From a virus (taxonomy: Duplodnaviria > Caudoviricetes): DNA of 31,464 bases. A program made the translations under genes and the position numbers. The DNA is taken from positions 1-31,464 of the IMG/VR virus record IMGVR_UViG_3300020045_001854. The stretch is one strand, 5' to 3'. This document shows, piece after piece, positions 1-9,140 of this stretch. The stretch's first letter is position 1, and each line of letters starts with the position of its first letter. A model generated the notes under the pieces. The model saw only the letters and a list, made by a program, of their open reading frames with translations. It did not search any database and was not told the origin of the DNA.

Positions 1-121
1 AGGCATCACAACTTTCCATGCCTTACTCTTTTTGGACTATTGTCTTTTCCAGCCTAATACTAATGCAGCTATTGTGGCGGATAACAAGGACATTGCTAGA
101 GAAATCTTCGTAGACAAGGTT
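1..121 (+). repeat. Exact 121-bp direct copy of 724-844 (inside terminase gene)
   Basis: aggcatcacaac...tagacaaggtt is identical at both loci; sequences diverge at 122/845. Confidence 0.95.
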
Positions 122-271
122 TTCTAATGTATTGTCTGTAGAAATTCCGTTTATATGATAGACATGCTCGTCTTTGTCTAGTTCTCTTCCCAAGTGTTCA
201 GCCATTATGTGTCGATGGATTTTATCTTTCTTTCCATTGATGGTTTTATGTGGATAGAAGTTGTCACTCAT
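23..271 (-). CDS. HNH endonuclease (HNH_3-like); C-terminus runs into the duplicated terminase segment
   Basis: HRHIMAEHLGREL..EHVYHINGISTDNTLENL motif; GGAG before ATG at 271. Confidence 0.75.
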   Translation of the reverse strand: MSDNFYPHKTINGKKDKIHRHIMAEHLGRELDKDEHVYHINGISTDNTLENLVYEDFSSNVLVIRHNSCISIRLEKTIVQKE

Positions 272-382
272 ATTTCTCCAGACTTTTCTTTGTAAGGATA
301 TCAAATTGTACACTTTAGGTGTTGACTTGTTTTTGCAATTTATGTAAGTAAATATTTTAACAACTCAAACAAGGAGTAAAAG

Positions 383-538
383 ATGCCTCTATTACCAGGA
401 AAAAGCGAAAAAGCAATAAAACAGAACATTGAAACAGAGATGAAAGTGGGAAAACGGCCTCAAAAACAAGCTGTAGCTATCGCTCTGAACGAAGCTAAGA
501 AGTCTGGATACAAACCAAAGAGTGCAAAGAAGAAATAA
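383..538 (+). CDS. Small basic phage protein, 51 aa (not in ORF track)
   Basis: AAGGAG RBS; MPLLPGKSEKAIKQNIETEMKVGKRPQKQAVAIALNEAKK, the KQAVAIAL motif is common in small phage proteins near head genes. Confidence 0.8.
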   Translation: MPLLPGKSEKAIKQNIETEMKVGKRPQKQAVAIALNEAKKSGYKPKSAKKK

Positions 539-547
539 TCCTTCTAT

Positions 548-2038
548 ATGACTCTAACTCAAGATAAAGCCTTCGAACTGTTGAGAAATCAAGAGTGGAG
601 GCTCGATAATCTTTACAAGATCAAAGATAAAGAGGGAAATGTAGTCGATTTTCAGCCTAATTGGGCTCAGAAAACGCTTCTTAAGTCTCATAATCTTAAT
701 ATTGTCCTGAAAGCTAGACAGTTAGGCATCACAACTTTCCATGCCTTACTCTTTTTGGACTATTGTCTTTTCCAGCCTAATACTAATGCAGCTATTGTGG
801 CGGATAACAAGGACATTGCTAGAGAAATCTTCGTAGACAAGGTTAAATTCGCTTATGACAATTTACCTCCCTTCGTACGCGACATGTGCCATGCGTACAG
901 AGACAACGTTCATGAAATGCGTTTTGCTAATGGATCCGTCTTTAGAGTGGCAACTTCTTTACGGGGAGGTACTCTCCAGCTCTTACACATTACAGAGTTT
1001 GCAAAGGTTTGCCAGGAAAACCCTACAAAAGCTAACGAAATTATCTCGGGAGCACTCAATGCGGTTCAGGCAGGTCAGTTTGTTTGTATTGAATCAACTG
1101 CACGGGGAAGGGAAGGGCATTTCTATAACTTGTGTAAATCGGCTCAGGCTTTGGAAGATTCTCAGACGCCCTTGGGCACATTAGATTGGAAACTTTGGTT
1201 CTTTCCATGGTGGGAACATCCAGATTATGTATTAGATTCAAAAAATGTCTTGATAAGTAAAGACATGGAAGAGTATTTTAAGGGATTAGAAACTAAAGAT
1301 ATTATTTTAACCTGCGAGCAAAAAGCATGGTATGTAAAGAAAATGCTAACACAGGGTGAATACATGAAGAGGGAATATCCCTCTACTCCTGAAGAAGCTT
1401 TTGAGACAGCCAATGAAGGTTATTACTTCGCTAAGATGATATCAGTAGCTAGACAAGAACGAAGAATATGTCATCTCCCATATGACGAGAACGCGAAAAC
1501 TTACACTTCATGGGATATAGGAATCGGAGACTCGTGTTCTATATGGGTCTTTCAGCTGATAGGAAAAGAAGTTCACTGTATCGACTATTACGAGAACAGT
1601 GATGAGGCTTTAGCGCATTATGTGAAGTGGTTGAAGAGTAAACCATATATCTTCGAGAAGCACTTTTTACCTCACGATGCAGCTGCAAGAGAGAAGGGTT
1701 CTGGTAAGTCATTTGCAGACATAGCCAGAGGACTAGGGCTTAAAGTAGATATACTTCCACGAGATACCAATGAGATGTTTGGTATCGAATGCCTTAGAAG
1801 TATGCTCCCGAGATTCTTCTTTGATCAGCATAAATGTGAAAAAGGTGTTAAAGCAGTTGAGAGCTTTAGGAAAGAATGGAACGAAAAGCTTGGATGTTAC
1901 CGAGAGAAAAGCTATCACGATTGGGCTTCTCACGGGTCTAAAGCTCTCATTTACTGCGCAGAAGCAGTTCAACGCACTGGATCTAGTGCTGGAATGACTG
2001 CTCAGGAGTGGGAAGCTATGAGAAGGGCTTGGTTGTAA
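548..2038 (+). CDS. terL: Terminase large subunit
   Basis: Walker A-like LKARQLGITT, Walker B LLHITE, coupling motif ESTA, nuclease SWDIGIGDS and LPHD motifs. Confidence 0.95.
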   Translation: MTLTQDKAFELLRNQEWRLDNLYKIKDKEGNVVDFQPNWAQKTLLKSHNLNIVLKARQLGITTFHALLFLDYCLFQPNTNAAIVADNKDIAREIFVDKVKFAYDNLPPFVRDMCHAYRDNVHEMRFANGSVFRVATSLRGGTLQLLHITEFAKVCQENPTKANEIISGALNAVQAGQFVCIESTARGREGHFYNLCKSAQALEDSQTPLGTLDWKLWFFPWWEHPDYVLDSKNVLISKDMEEYFKGLETKDIILTCEQKAWYVKKMLTQGEYMKREYPSTPEEAFETANEGYYFAKMISVARQERRICHLPYDENAKTYTSWDIGIGDSCSIWVFQLIGKEVHCIDYYENSDEALAHYVKWLKSKPYIFEKHFLPHDAAAREKGSGKSFADIARGLGLKVDILPRDTNEMFGIECLRSMLPRFFFDQHKCEKGVKAVESFRKEWNEKLGCYREKSYHDWASHGSKALIYCAEAVQRTGSSAGMTAQEWEAMRRAWL

Positions 2039-2092
2039 AAAAATTTTGCTTTGTGTGTAAAGAAATAAATTGAACCAAATAGTACAGGTTAG

Positions 2093-4156
2093 ATGAGCGG
2101 ATACGTATCAGCAGGCACGAATAACGAGAAAGTCTTCCAGTTCACTCAATTCTTCTACGATGCGTATAGAACATGGGGTGTCTATTATGCTGCTGCCTAT
2201 CGCGATTTAAGGGCCTATGCTGGTGATAACTGGACTAACTTAGAGAAGTCTAAGCTTGAAAAGCAAAATAGGATGGTTCTTGAGCTTAATAAGATCCGAA
2301 GAGTTGTGAACTTATACTCAGGTTACGAAAGAGAAAATCGTACCGCTACTGTATGCACTCCTGTTGAGGGTTCTGATGTAGTTACAGCAGATCAGTTCTC
2401 TGATGTTATGTACTACGTGTACGACAAAGCCAATGCTGACTATATTGTTTCCGAAGCTTTTGAGCATAGTCTGAAAACAGGCTTAGCAATCATTGGGATA
2501 TATATGGATTACTCCAATGATAAGATCAATGGCGACATACGCATGTATTGGAAGCCTTTCAATGCTCTTATGCTAGATCCATATTTTACAAAAAGAGACT
2601 TGAGCGATTGTGATCAAGCCTCAACCAGGGATCTTTTGTCAAAAGAGCAAATTAAGTCGATGCTTCCGTGGGTAGATCCTACGGTCATCGATAATCTGCC
2701 TACTGGTATTAGAGACAATAAATACCAATACCTAGGCATCTATCGTCAATATAACTCTACTTACATTGCTAAGAATCTTTGTACCTATGACCAATACTGG
2801 AAGCGTATAAACAAAGAGCAGAAGTACTTAGTGGACATGGAAACAGGTGTCACTGAGGAATGGAATGGAGATAGAGAGGAAGAAAGAGCCCTTCGAGCAC
2901 AATTGAAAGAAGAAACTGCACGACGTGCCGAAGAAGGACTTCCTCCAAGACTTGAGCTGATCTCATCGCATAAGAGAACTGTTGAGCTTAATATAATCGT
3001 CTCAGGACAGCTTCTCTACACAGGACCGGATCCAACAGGCCTAGACACATTCCCATGGGTCCTGTGTCTTCTGTATCACGAACCTCTCATAGATACTTTC
3101 GAGCTGAAAATACAAGGTATCGTCAGAAGCGTGAGGGATGCTCAAAGACAATATAATAGACGCCATAGCCAGATCATTGACCTCATGGAATCGATTATCA
3201 ACACTGGATGGATCACAAAGAATGGTGCTGTACTTGATCCTAATATGCTCATGCAAGCAGGACAAGGTAAGCAAATCGTAGTTAATGAGGGTTATGATGT
3301 TAATACTGACGTACGAGAGATTTCTGCTCCTAACATACCTCCTGGGTACTTACAGTATCAAGACATTATCGATAAGAACATCATGGAAATCCCTGGTGCT
3401 TCTGATGAGCTTCTCGGTCTTTCTTCTGTTGGGGACAGCCAGGTGTCAGGGAAGCTCGCCGAGGTTCGAGCCTCAAACGGTCTCAAAGGTAACAGAGGGA
3501 TATTCGACAACCTTGAACAAACCAAGAAGTACTTAGGAAAGATTGTCATAGAGTGCGTTCAAAAGAACTATTCTCCTGGAAAGATTGGTAGAATCATAGG
3601 TGAAACACCTTCAGATCAGTTCTTCTCAGGACAGTTTGAAGAATACGACTGTGCTATCAAACAAGCCGTTAAGACTGCAACTCAGCGTGAAGCTTACTAC
3701 TATCAATTGCTTCAGATGGCCTCTCTTGGTGCTCCTATTCCTTGGGATAAGATTATGGAAGTTGCTCCTCTACAAGGAAGTATCAAACTTCATGAGATTC
3801 TTGCTCAACAACAAGAACAACAAGCGCAAGCAGCTCAAGTTGAACAACAAGCTATGCAGATGCAGACGGCTCTGGATATGGCAGCCGTTAATCAGTCTAC
3901 AGCACTTGCTGAAGAGCGTAGGGCTAGAGTTCTTGCCGATATCGGTCTGGCTAAAGAAAGAGAATCAGAAGTAGTCCAGAACCACGCAAAAGCTTTCCTC
4001 GACAACGCTAAGACGGTAGCACAGATAAACGATATACCTCAGAAGCGATTGATAGAGGTTCTACAGCTCGCAGCCGATCTTCGGTTGCAAGAGAAGCAAG
4101 AGGCAGAAGCCGAATTGCAAAAGGACATGAAACGGGCAGTAGCCCTTAAACAATAG
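2093..4156 (+). CDS. Portal protein (P22-like)
   Basis: 687 aa directly after terL; NKIRRVVN..GYE, GIVRSVRDAQRQYNRR and Q-rich C-terminal coiled coil. Confidence 0.9.
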   Translation: MSGYVSAGTNNEKVFQFTQFFYDAYRTWGVYYAAAYRDLRAYAGDNWTNLEKSKLEKQNRMVLELNKIRRVVNLYSGYERENRTATVCTPVEGSDVVTADQFSDVMYYVYDKANADYIVSEAFEHSLKTGLAIIGIYMDYSNDKINGDIRMYWKPFNALMLDPYFTKRDLSDCDQASTRDLLSKEQIKSMLPWVDPTVIDNLPTGIRDNKYQYLGIYRQYNSTYIAKNLCTYDQYWKRINKEQKYLVDMETGVTEEWNGDREEERALRAQLKEETARRAEEGLPPRLELISSHKRTVELNIIVSGQLLYTGPDPTGLDTFPWVLCLLYHEPLIDTFELKIQGIVRSVRDAQRQYNRRHSQIIDLMESIINTGWITKNGAVLDPNMLMQAGQGKQIVVNEGYDVNTDVREISAPNIPPGYLQYQDIIDKNIMEIPGASDELLGLSSVGDSQVSGKLAEVRASNGLKGNRGIFDNLEQTKKYLGKIVIECVQKNYSPGKIGRIIGETPSDQFFSGQFEEYDCAIKQAVKTATQREAYYYQLLQMASLGAPIPWDKIMEVAPLQGSIKLHEILAQQQEQQAQAAQVEQQAMQMQTALDMAAVNQSTALAEERRARVLADIGLAKERESEVVQNHAKAFLDNAKTVAQINDIPQKRLIEVLQLAADLRLQEKQEAEAELQKDMKRAVALKQ

Positions 4157-4164
4157 GTAAACAT

Positions 4165-4428
4165 ATGGCTAAAGGTACAGCTACATCTAACAAGATGATG
4201 CCTCGTATGGAGACATATGGTGGACAAAATAACCCAGGTTATCAACCACCACAAGGCTCAGCAGGGGCAAGTGCTTTCGGTGCTTATAGCACAAAAAGCA
4301 ATCCACTAAGCGTTCCAAAGAAAGGATCTTCTATCGGTCCTGGTTATGGTAACTCAGATCGCATGAAGGCGATGAGCGCTAAAGAAGAAGAAGCAAGGAA
4401 AGAATCTCTCAGAGGTCAACCATGCTAA
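4165..4428 (+). CDS. Hypothetical protein, 87 aa
   Basis: AGGT RBS, fills the gap after the portal gene. Confidence 0.7.
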   Translation: MAKGTATSNKMMPRMETYGGQNNPGYQPPQGSAGASAFGAYSTKSNPLSVPKKGSSIGPGYGNSDRMKAMSAKEEEARKESLRGQPC

Positions 4429-4793
4429 TCACTTCGCCTGCTCACCAGCTTCAACAGCATATTGACACAAGGGAAGGTATTACCAACCACTTTAATCATT
4501 TGATGGAGAAGATTCTTAATGAGAACTCTCATAAAGATAAGTACTGGATTTTGGGTAAGGCGAAGATAGAGAAGAAGAAGGGTAAAGATATCATACGTCC
4601 TTTTTTACAAGCGTGTGATGAAAAACCTGGAGTTATCAAAGAAAGCTTTGTCTATGAAGTGGACAATAGACGAGGCGTTAAGACTTTGCTGTGGATTATG
4701 CATCCAGGCGATTTATTAAGTTTTCCCACTTTAGGGAAGTCCATCCGCGTAACCGGCGGAAAGACGGGTTCAACAATCTTGCTACCGAAGTAA
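4422..4793 (+). CDS. Hypothetical phage protein, 123 aa
   Basis: GAGG RBS, overlaps the previous stop. Confidence 0.75.
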   Translation: MLITSPAHQLQQHIDTREGITNHFNHLMEKILNENSHKDKYWILGKAKIEKKKGKDIIRPFLQACDEKPGVIKESFVYEVDNRRGVKTLLWIMHPGDLLSFPTLGKSIRVTGGKTGSTILLPK

Positions 4794-4815
4794 TGGTAGG
4801 AAATACGGGAGTTTT

Positions 4816-5448
4816 ATGACCACAGAAGAACAAGAAGACGTTCAAGCTGCTGTCTCCGAGCAAGCCCAAGTCGAGTCACAGGATGAAAACAAGGAAGAAC
4901 CGACGATGGTTCCTCTAGCTGCTCTACAGGCTGAACGAAGAAAGCGCCAGGAGTTTGAGACGCGTAATAAGATTTACGAAGAGATGATGGCGAAGAAAAA
5001 TATCGAACCTGAAGAAGTTGAAGATCCAGAAGCATTAGTTACTAAAGGATCTTTCAGAGAAGAGAAAGCTCTCACAAAAAGGGAGATTCTTGAGCAGGTC
5101 TACCAAGACATGAATCCTGAGGCTGTTCAAAAGATCGAATTGTATTTGAAACCCATTTTGGACAAGAAGCCTTGGTTAGCTGCTTCGTTAGATACTGCTT
5201 TAAATCGATTGGCCCGTGCCAATGAAATCGTTGATGACTACATGCATTTAGTGGACGGTAAACCCCGTGTTACTAAGACAGAAGCCTCCAACGAAGCTCG
5301 TAGGATAGTTGAGAACGCTAATAAACCCAGATCTCCTATTGAAGTAGGAAAATCTGCGCAACCTAGCGGTACCGAATATCTTAAGAGTATACAGGGGAAA
5401 AAAGAGTTTAGAGAGTACCGAGCGAAGATGTTACGAGGCGAGGCATAA
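4816..5448 (+). CDS. Probable scaffolding protein
   Basis: Acidic N-terminus, VPLAALQAERRKRQ coiled-coil motif, directly upstream of capsid gene. Confidence 0.75.
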   Translation: MTTEEQEDVQAAVSEQAQVESQDENKEEPTMVPLAALQAERRKRQEFETRNKIYEEMMAKKNIEPEEVEDPEALVTKGSFREEKALTKREILEQVYQDMNPEAVQKIELYLKPILDKKPWLAASLDTALNRLARANEIVDDYMHLVDGKPRVTKTEASNEARRIVENANKPRSPIEVGKSAQPSGTEYLKSIQGKKEFREYRAKMLRGEA

Positions 5449-5496
5449 AAAAATTTTGCCGCTCTTGTCAATACATTTTTTGACTAGGAGATAAAA

Positions 5497-6441
5497 ATGG
5501 CCGCCGGAACAACAACGACAGTACAAGTGGACCCAGAAGTCAACTTGTTCTTCGACAACATTCTTCTTGATCGTCACCAACCGTATTATGTTTATGGTTA
5601 CTTCGCTCAAGAGAGACGCATTCCTCAGAAGAACAGCCGTAACGCTATCTTCCGTAGGTTTGACAACCTAGCAGATGCACTTACACCTCTTACTGAGGGT
5701 GTAACTCCAAATGCTGAACAAGTTACTAAGTTCGACATCACAGCTACTGTATCTCAATACGGTAAAGTTGTTGAGCTTAGCGATGATGTAATCATCACTG
5801 TGCAAGACCAGACTGCAAACGAAGTTGCAGATATGTTAGCACAGAACATGGCATCTACTTACGACAAAATCGTTCGTAACATGCTTGTAGCTACTTCAGC
5901 GCAAATCGACTGCCTAAACGGCGTTAACGGGAATGCGATCACAGAAGTTACAACTACTGACTTAGAGTTAGCTGTCGACTACGTCACAGAGAACAACGGT
6001 AAGAAACTATCACCAAACCAAGAAGGTACTAATGCCTTCGGTACTGCGCCAGTTTGGGCAGCTTATTGGATGATAATGTCTACTGATCTACGTACAGACT
6101 TTAAAAACTTAGCTACATTCTTGGCAACAGCTGACTATCCACGTCAACAGTCTGTTCTTGAATCTGAGCTCGGTTCTTGCGACGAAGTTCGCCTTGTAAT
6201 GACTTCTGAAGCTTACAAAGACACTTCAGTAGCACCAGCAGTTTATTCAAACATCTTGTTTGCAGCAAACGCTTACGGTCGAATCATGATCGACGATCAG
6301 TCGATGGAGATGATCATTAAGCCTTTGGGTGCTGGTCAGGATCCATTGAACCAAAGACAAACAATGGGTTGGAAGGGCCGTCTTGGATCAGTGATCCTTG
6401 ATGACTCATGGTGTGTAAACCTCAGAAGTACAAAAGGGTAG
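5497..6441 (+). CDS. Major capsid protein (N4 gp56-like)
   Basis: PLTEGVTP, QYGKVVELSD and DPLNQRQTMGWK motifs; AGGAG RBS. Confidence 0.92.
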   Translation: MAAGTTTTVQVDPEVNLFFDNILLDRHQPYYVYGYFAQERRIPQKNSRNAIFRRFDNLADALTPLTEGVTPNAEQVTKFDITATVSQYGKVVELSDDVIITVQDQTANEVADMLAQNMASTYDKIVRNMLVATSAQIDCLNGVNGNAITEVTTTDLELAVDYVTENNGKKLSPNQEGTNAFGTAPVWAAYWMIMSTDLRTDFKNLATFLATADYPRQQSVLESELGSCDEVRLVMTSEAYKDTSVAPAVYSNILFAANAYGRIMIDDQSMEMIIKPLGAGQDPLNQRQTMGWKGRLGSVILDDSWCVNLRSTKG

Positions 6442-6449
6442 GTGAAATT

Positions 6450-7199
6450 ATGACAGCTCCAGTAGGAACAGCATTGAATGTCTACACCGGTCTTAGAGAG
6501 ATCGGTCAAGTGACAAACACATATGCAGGTTATCTGCAATCAGCAGGTTCAGCATATAACTTAGTCTTACCATGGCAAGCAGATAAGCTTGAATGGTACA
6601 ACTATACAAAATACGCCACTAACGATACGAATCTCCAAGGTGTGTGGTTTAGAGACTTCCCAACGGGGGATGCTTTAATCATCAACCGTGGCACTACTAC
6701 ATTGACTTCTACTTTAGAAGCAACTAACGGTGTCACAATTGCTAATACAACTGGTGGTTTTGCTAATGAACATCTAATCATCAGCGGTATCACTACAGCA
6801 ACACCAGGAGTTGTAACTACTACAACAAATCACAATCTTTCAGATTATGATCGTGTAGTCCTAACTAAGATCATAGGAACAGCAGCATCTGAATTGAACA
6901 ACAATACATATGTAGTAAGAGTTCTCTCTGCAACTACATTTGCATTGTATGACACTTTTGGTCTGCCAATCACAGTAGTTGGCGCTTATACATCTAGCGG
7001 CCAAGTTACTAAGGTTGCTCCTTTACTTGGACAAGTTAGCTCTCAGTCTAACTTCCCAGTACCTCAGAATGCTATTCAAGATTATCCGGTCCAGTACCGT
7101 TTGACTCTTGGCACAGCAGTTATGGGTGCAGACAATGACATAATCTACTTTGTTGCAACTAAGTTTAATGCTTATTTCAACCTTGGAGACGTCGCTTAA
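6450..7199 (+). CDS. Probable virion/decoration protein with E1 FCCH-like beta domain
   Basis: AGGTG RBS before ATG 6450; ISGITTATPGVVT..HNLSDYDRVV..ELNNNTYVV..TTFALYD..YTSSG. Confidence 0.65.
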   Translation: MTAPVGTALNVYTGLREIGQVTNTYAGYLQSAGSAYNLVLPWQADKLEWYNYTKYATNDTNLQGVWFRDFPTGDALIINRGTTTLTSTLEATNGVTIANTTGGFANEHLIISGITTATPGVVTTTTNHNLSDYDRVVLTKIIGTAASELNNNTYVVRVLSATTFALYDTFGLPITVVGAYTSSGQVTKVAPLLGQVSSQSNFPVPQNAIQDYPVQYRLTLGTAVMGADNDIIYFVATKFNAYFNLGDVA

Positions 7200-7204
7200 T
7201 CCAA

Positions 7205-7237
7205 AGGGAGGGGGCGATATGTCCCCTCCCTCTTACT
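7205..7237 (+). terminator. Hairpin/likely intrinsic terminator after capsid genes
   Basis: AGGGAGGGGGC-gatat-GTCCCCTCCCT followed by a weak T tail. Confidence 0.55.
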
Positions 7238-7247
7238 AAGAGGAAAT

Positions 7248-7742
7248 ATGAAGAAAACAGCTAAAGAAAAAGAAGCAGAATATATAGAGGCAGCGGTCCT
7301 TAGAGGGGCTCATGTTCCTGATTCTGAAAAACCAGCGCCTTTTGATTTTGACACATTCAAATTCGAAAAGATATCAGACTTCGAAGTGTATAATGCGCAT
7401 GTGAGAAAACATAACAGATTTTGCCTGCATGAACGCAATAAGATGCCTATAAAAGTTCCTGACGAATCTTTTTACAAGAAAGTGAAAGTTAAGTTTCAAA
7501 GATTCGATCAGCCTGAGAATGTTCTTAAAGTACGCATTAGAAACAAAGACATTGATTGGAAAGGTCAGCTGAAAGCTGGTGGTACCTATGAACTTCCAAT
7601 CCCTGTTGTTAAGTTTCTTAACAATTTATCTGTTCCTGTATTCGCTGAAGTAAAGACTGAACACGGTAGTGCAGTTCATACAGAAACCAAGCAAGTGGGT
7701 GAACGTAACCGATTTGCTTGCAACGTGTTAGAATTTGAATAA
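7248..7742 (+). CDS. Hypothetical phage protein, 164 aa
   Basis: GAGG RBS, within morphogenesis module. Confidence 0.75.
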   Translation: MKKTAKEKEAEYIEAAVLRGAHVPDSEKPAPFDFDTFKFEKISDFEVYNAHVRKHNRFCLHERNKMPIKVPDESFYKKVKVKFQRFDQPENVLKVRIRNKDIDWKGQLKAGGTYELPIPVVKFLNNLSVPVFAEVKTEHGSAVHTETKQVGERNRFACNVLEFE

Positions 7743-7751
7743 GGATTAACA

Positions 7752-8519
7752 ATGGTTAATACTCCCACTGGTCCAGTAATTCCGTGGCCTTCCGACGGAG
7801 ATAATGGTTCAAACATTTTGCAGATTATCCGTAATGTAACGGGCCGTGTCGATAGAAATGATCCGGCCTTTACGGATGCTATCATGTTTGATTATCTTAA
7901 TGCTTTTGTACAACAAGAGCATCCTCAGGAAGTTCAGATATTCGAGAATCGAACCTGGTGGGATTTTACTATCGATCCTACATCGCCTGATCCATATCCT
8001 GTTGATTTAGATGCTTTAGGATTTAGCTCTATTAACTCACCGGCATACGTTTCCTTCTCAGATCCAGCGTTGAATCCTAATACCTTTCAATTGTTCTGGT
8101 ATGAAGACCCAAGACAATTCTATGCAAGATGGCCATGGAATAACGTATTTACTCCTCAGATGCCTACGTATGTGTTGTATTACAACAATGAGCTGACATT
8201 CCGTGGTCCTCCAGATCAGTCTTATGACGTACGAATCTCTGCTTATAAGATTGATTACTCATTCGCAGGTGGTAGCTTAAGTAACTCGGGATCTATTCTT
8301 CAGGGTACAGGAACAACTAATACGGTAAACCTAAAGAACGCTCCAAGGACATATCTAACTCGTTACTTCGCCTATGGAGCAGCTCTAGATATCCTCAGCG
8401 ACTTTGGAGAGATGGATAAATATAACGAAGTGTTTCAAGTATATAGACGGTATAGAGCCCAAGTGTTAGCTAGAACTTGGAATCAATTGCAGTCGCAAAG
8501 AACAGCCCCAGATTTTTAA
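7752..8519 (+). CDS. Probable head-tail adaptor protein
   Basis: Position, size and PTYVLYY..LTFRGPPDQSY..YFAYGAA pattern typical of podovirus adaptors. Confidence 0.6.
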   Translation: MVNTPTGPVIPWPSDGDNGSNILQIIRNVTGRVDRNDPAFTDAIMFDYLNAFVQQEHPQEVQIFENRTWWDFTIDPTSPDPYPVDLDALGFSSINSPAYVSFSDPALNPNTFQLFWYEDPRQFYARWPWNNVFTPQMPTYVLYYNNELTFRGPPDQSYDVRISAYKIDYSFAGGSLSNSGSILQGTGTTNTVNLKNAPRTYLTRYFAYGAALDILSDFGEMDKYNEVFQVYRRYRAQVLARTWNQLQSQRTAPDF

Positions 8520-8527
8520 GGAGTGTT

Positions 8528-9139
8528 ATGAGTTTTAATCCCGCAATACCATTAAACAGCGATTCTCCGTCGATCTTTCCGGCTCAGAGTCAGACGAACT
8601 ACAGTCGTTTGCAGACACTTCTAGGTGCTGATCACCAGTTCAATCTGACAGCAGCTGCAAACGATGGGTATCATAATCTGATTCATATGACAGTACAGGC
8701 TCCTTCAGGAGTTTTGGCTACTACGGGACGTTCTTATGTGAAACTCTCTGCTGCTAGAATTCATCAATTCTATATGGATGATACAGGAGCTGAGTATCAG
8801 ATAACTCCAACTCTACCTATTCGAGCTTCAGTGAACTTTAATGGGACTGGAGCTGTAGGTGCTCAGGTGATAAGAAGTCAATATAACGTAACTAGTGTAG
8901 TAAAGACTACTAACGGCGCTTATACAGTTAACTTCACTACTCCTATGCCTGACGCTAACTACATGGTTCAGATAACAGGCATGAGAGATACAAACTTGTC
9001 GATAATGGGATTTGTTACAGGAAATGCTACATACAGCAATTCTGTGACCACAACGTCTGTAAAGATATCTTTCAATGATGATGCTGGTGCGTTGAAAGAT
9101 GCTCTGATGGGTAACGTAACAATATTTAGTGTAACATAA
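8528..9139 (+). CDS. Tail fibre-like structural protein
   Basis: AAGGAG RBS before ATG 8528; ASVNFNGTG..IRSQYNVTSV..YTVNFTTPMPDANY fibre domain. Confidence 0.7.
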   Translation: MSFNPAIPLNSDSPSIFPAQSQTNYSRLQTLLGADHQFNLTAAANDGYHNLIHMTVQAPSGVLATTGRSYVKLSAARIHQFYMDDTGAEYQITPTLPIRASVNFNGTGAVGAQVIRSQYNVTSVVKTTNGAYTVNFTTPMPDANYMVQITGMRDTNLSIMGFVTGNATYSNSVTTTSVKISFNDDAGALKDALMGNVTIFSVT

Positions 9140-9140
9140 T

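Noticed and set aside
1-121. Template/variable repeat pair of a diversity-generating retroelement
   Set aside because: Copies are identical with no adenine-specific mismatches and no reverse transcriptase is present
6408-6452. -1 frameshift fusing capsid to the next gene at A AAA GGG TAG
   Set aside because: The -1 frame is open, but the heptamer is not X XXY YYZ and the next gene has its own AGGTG RBS
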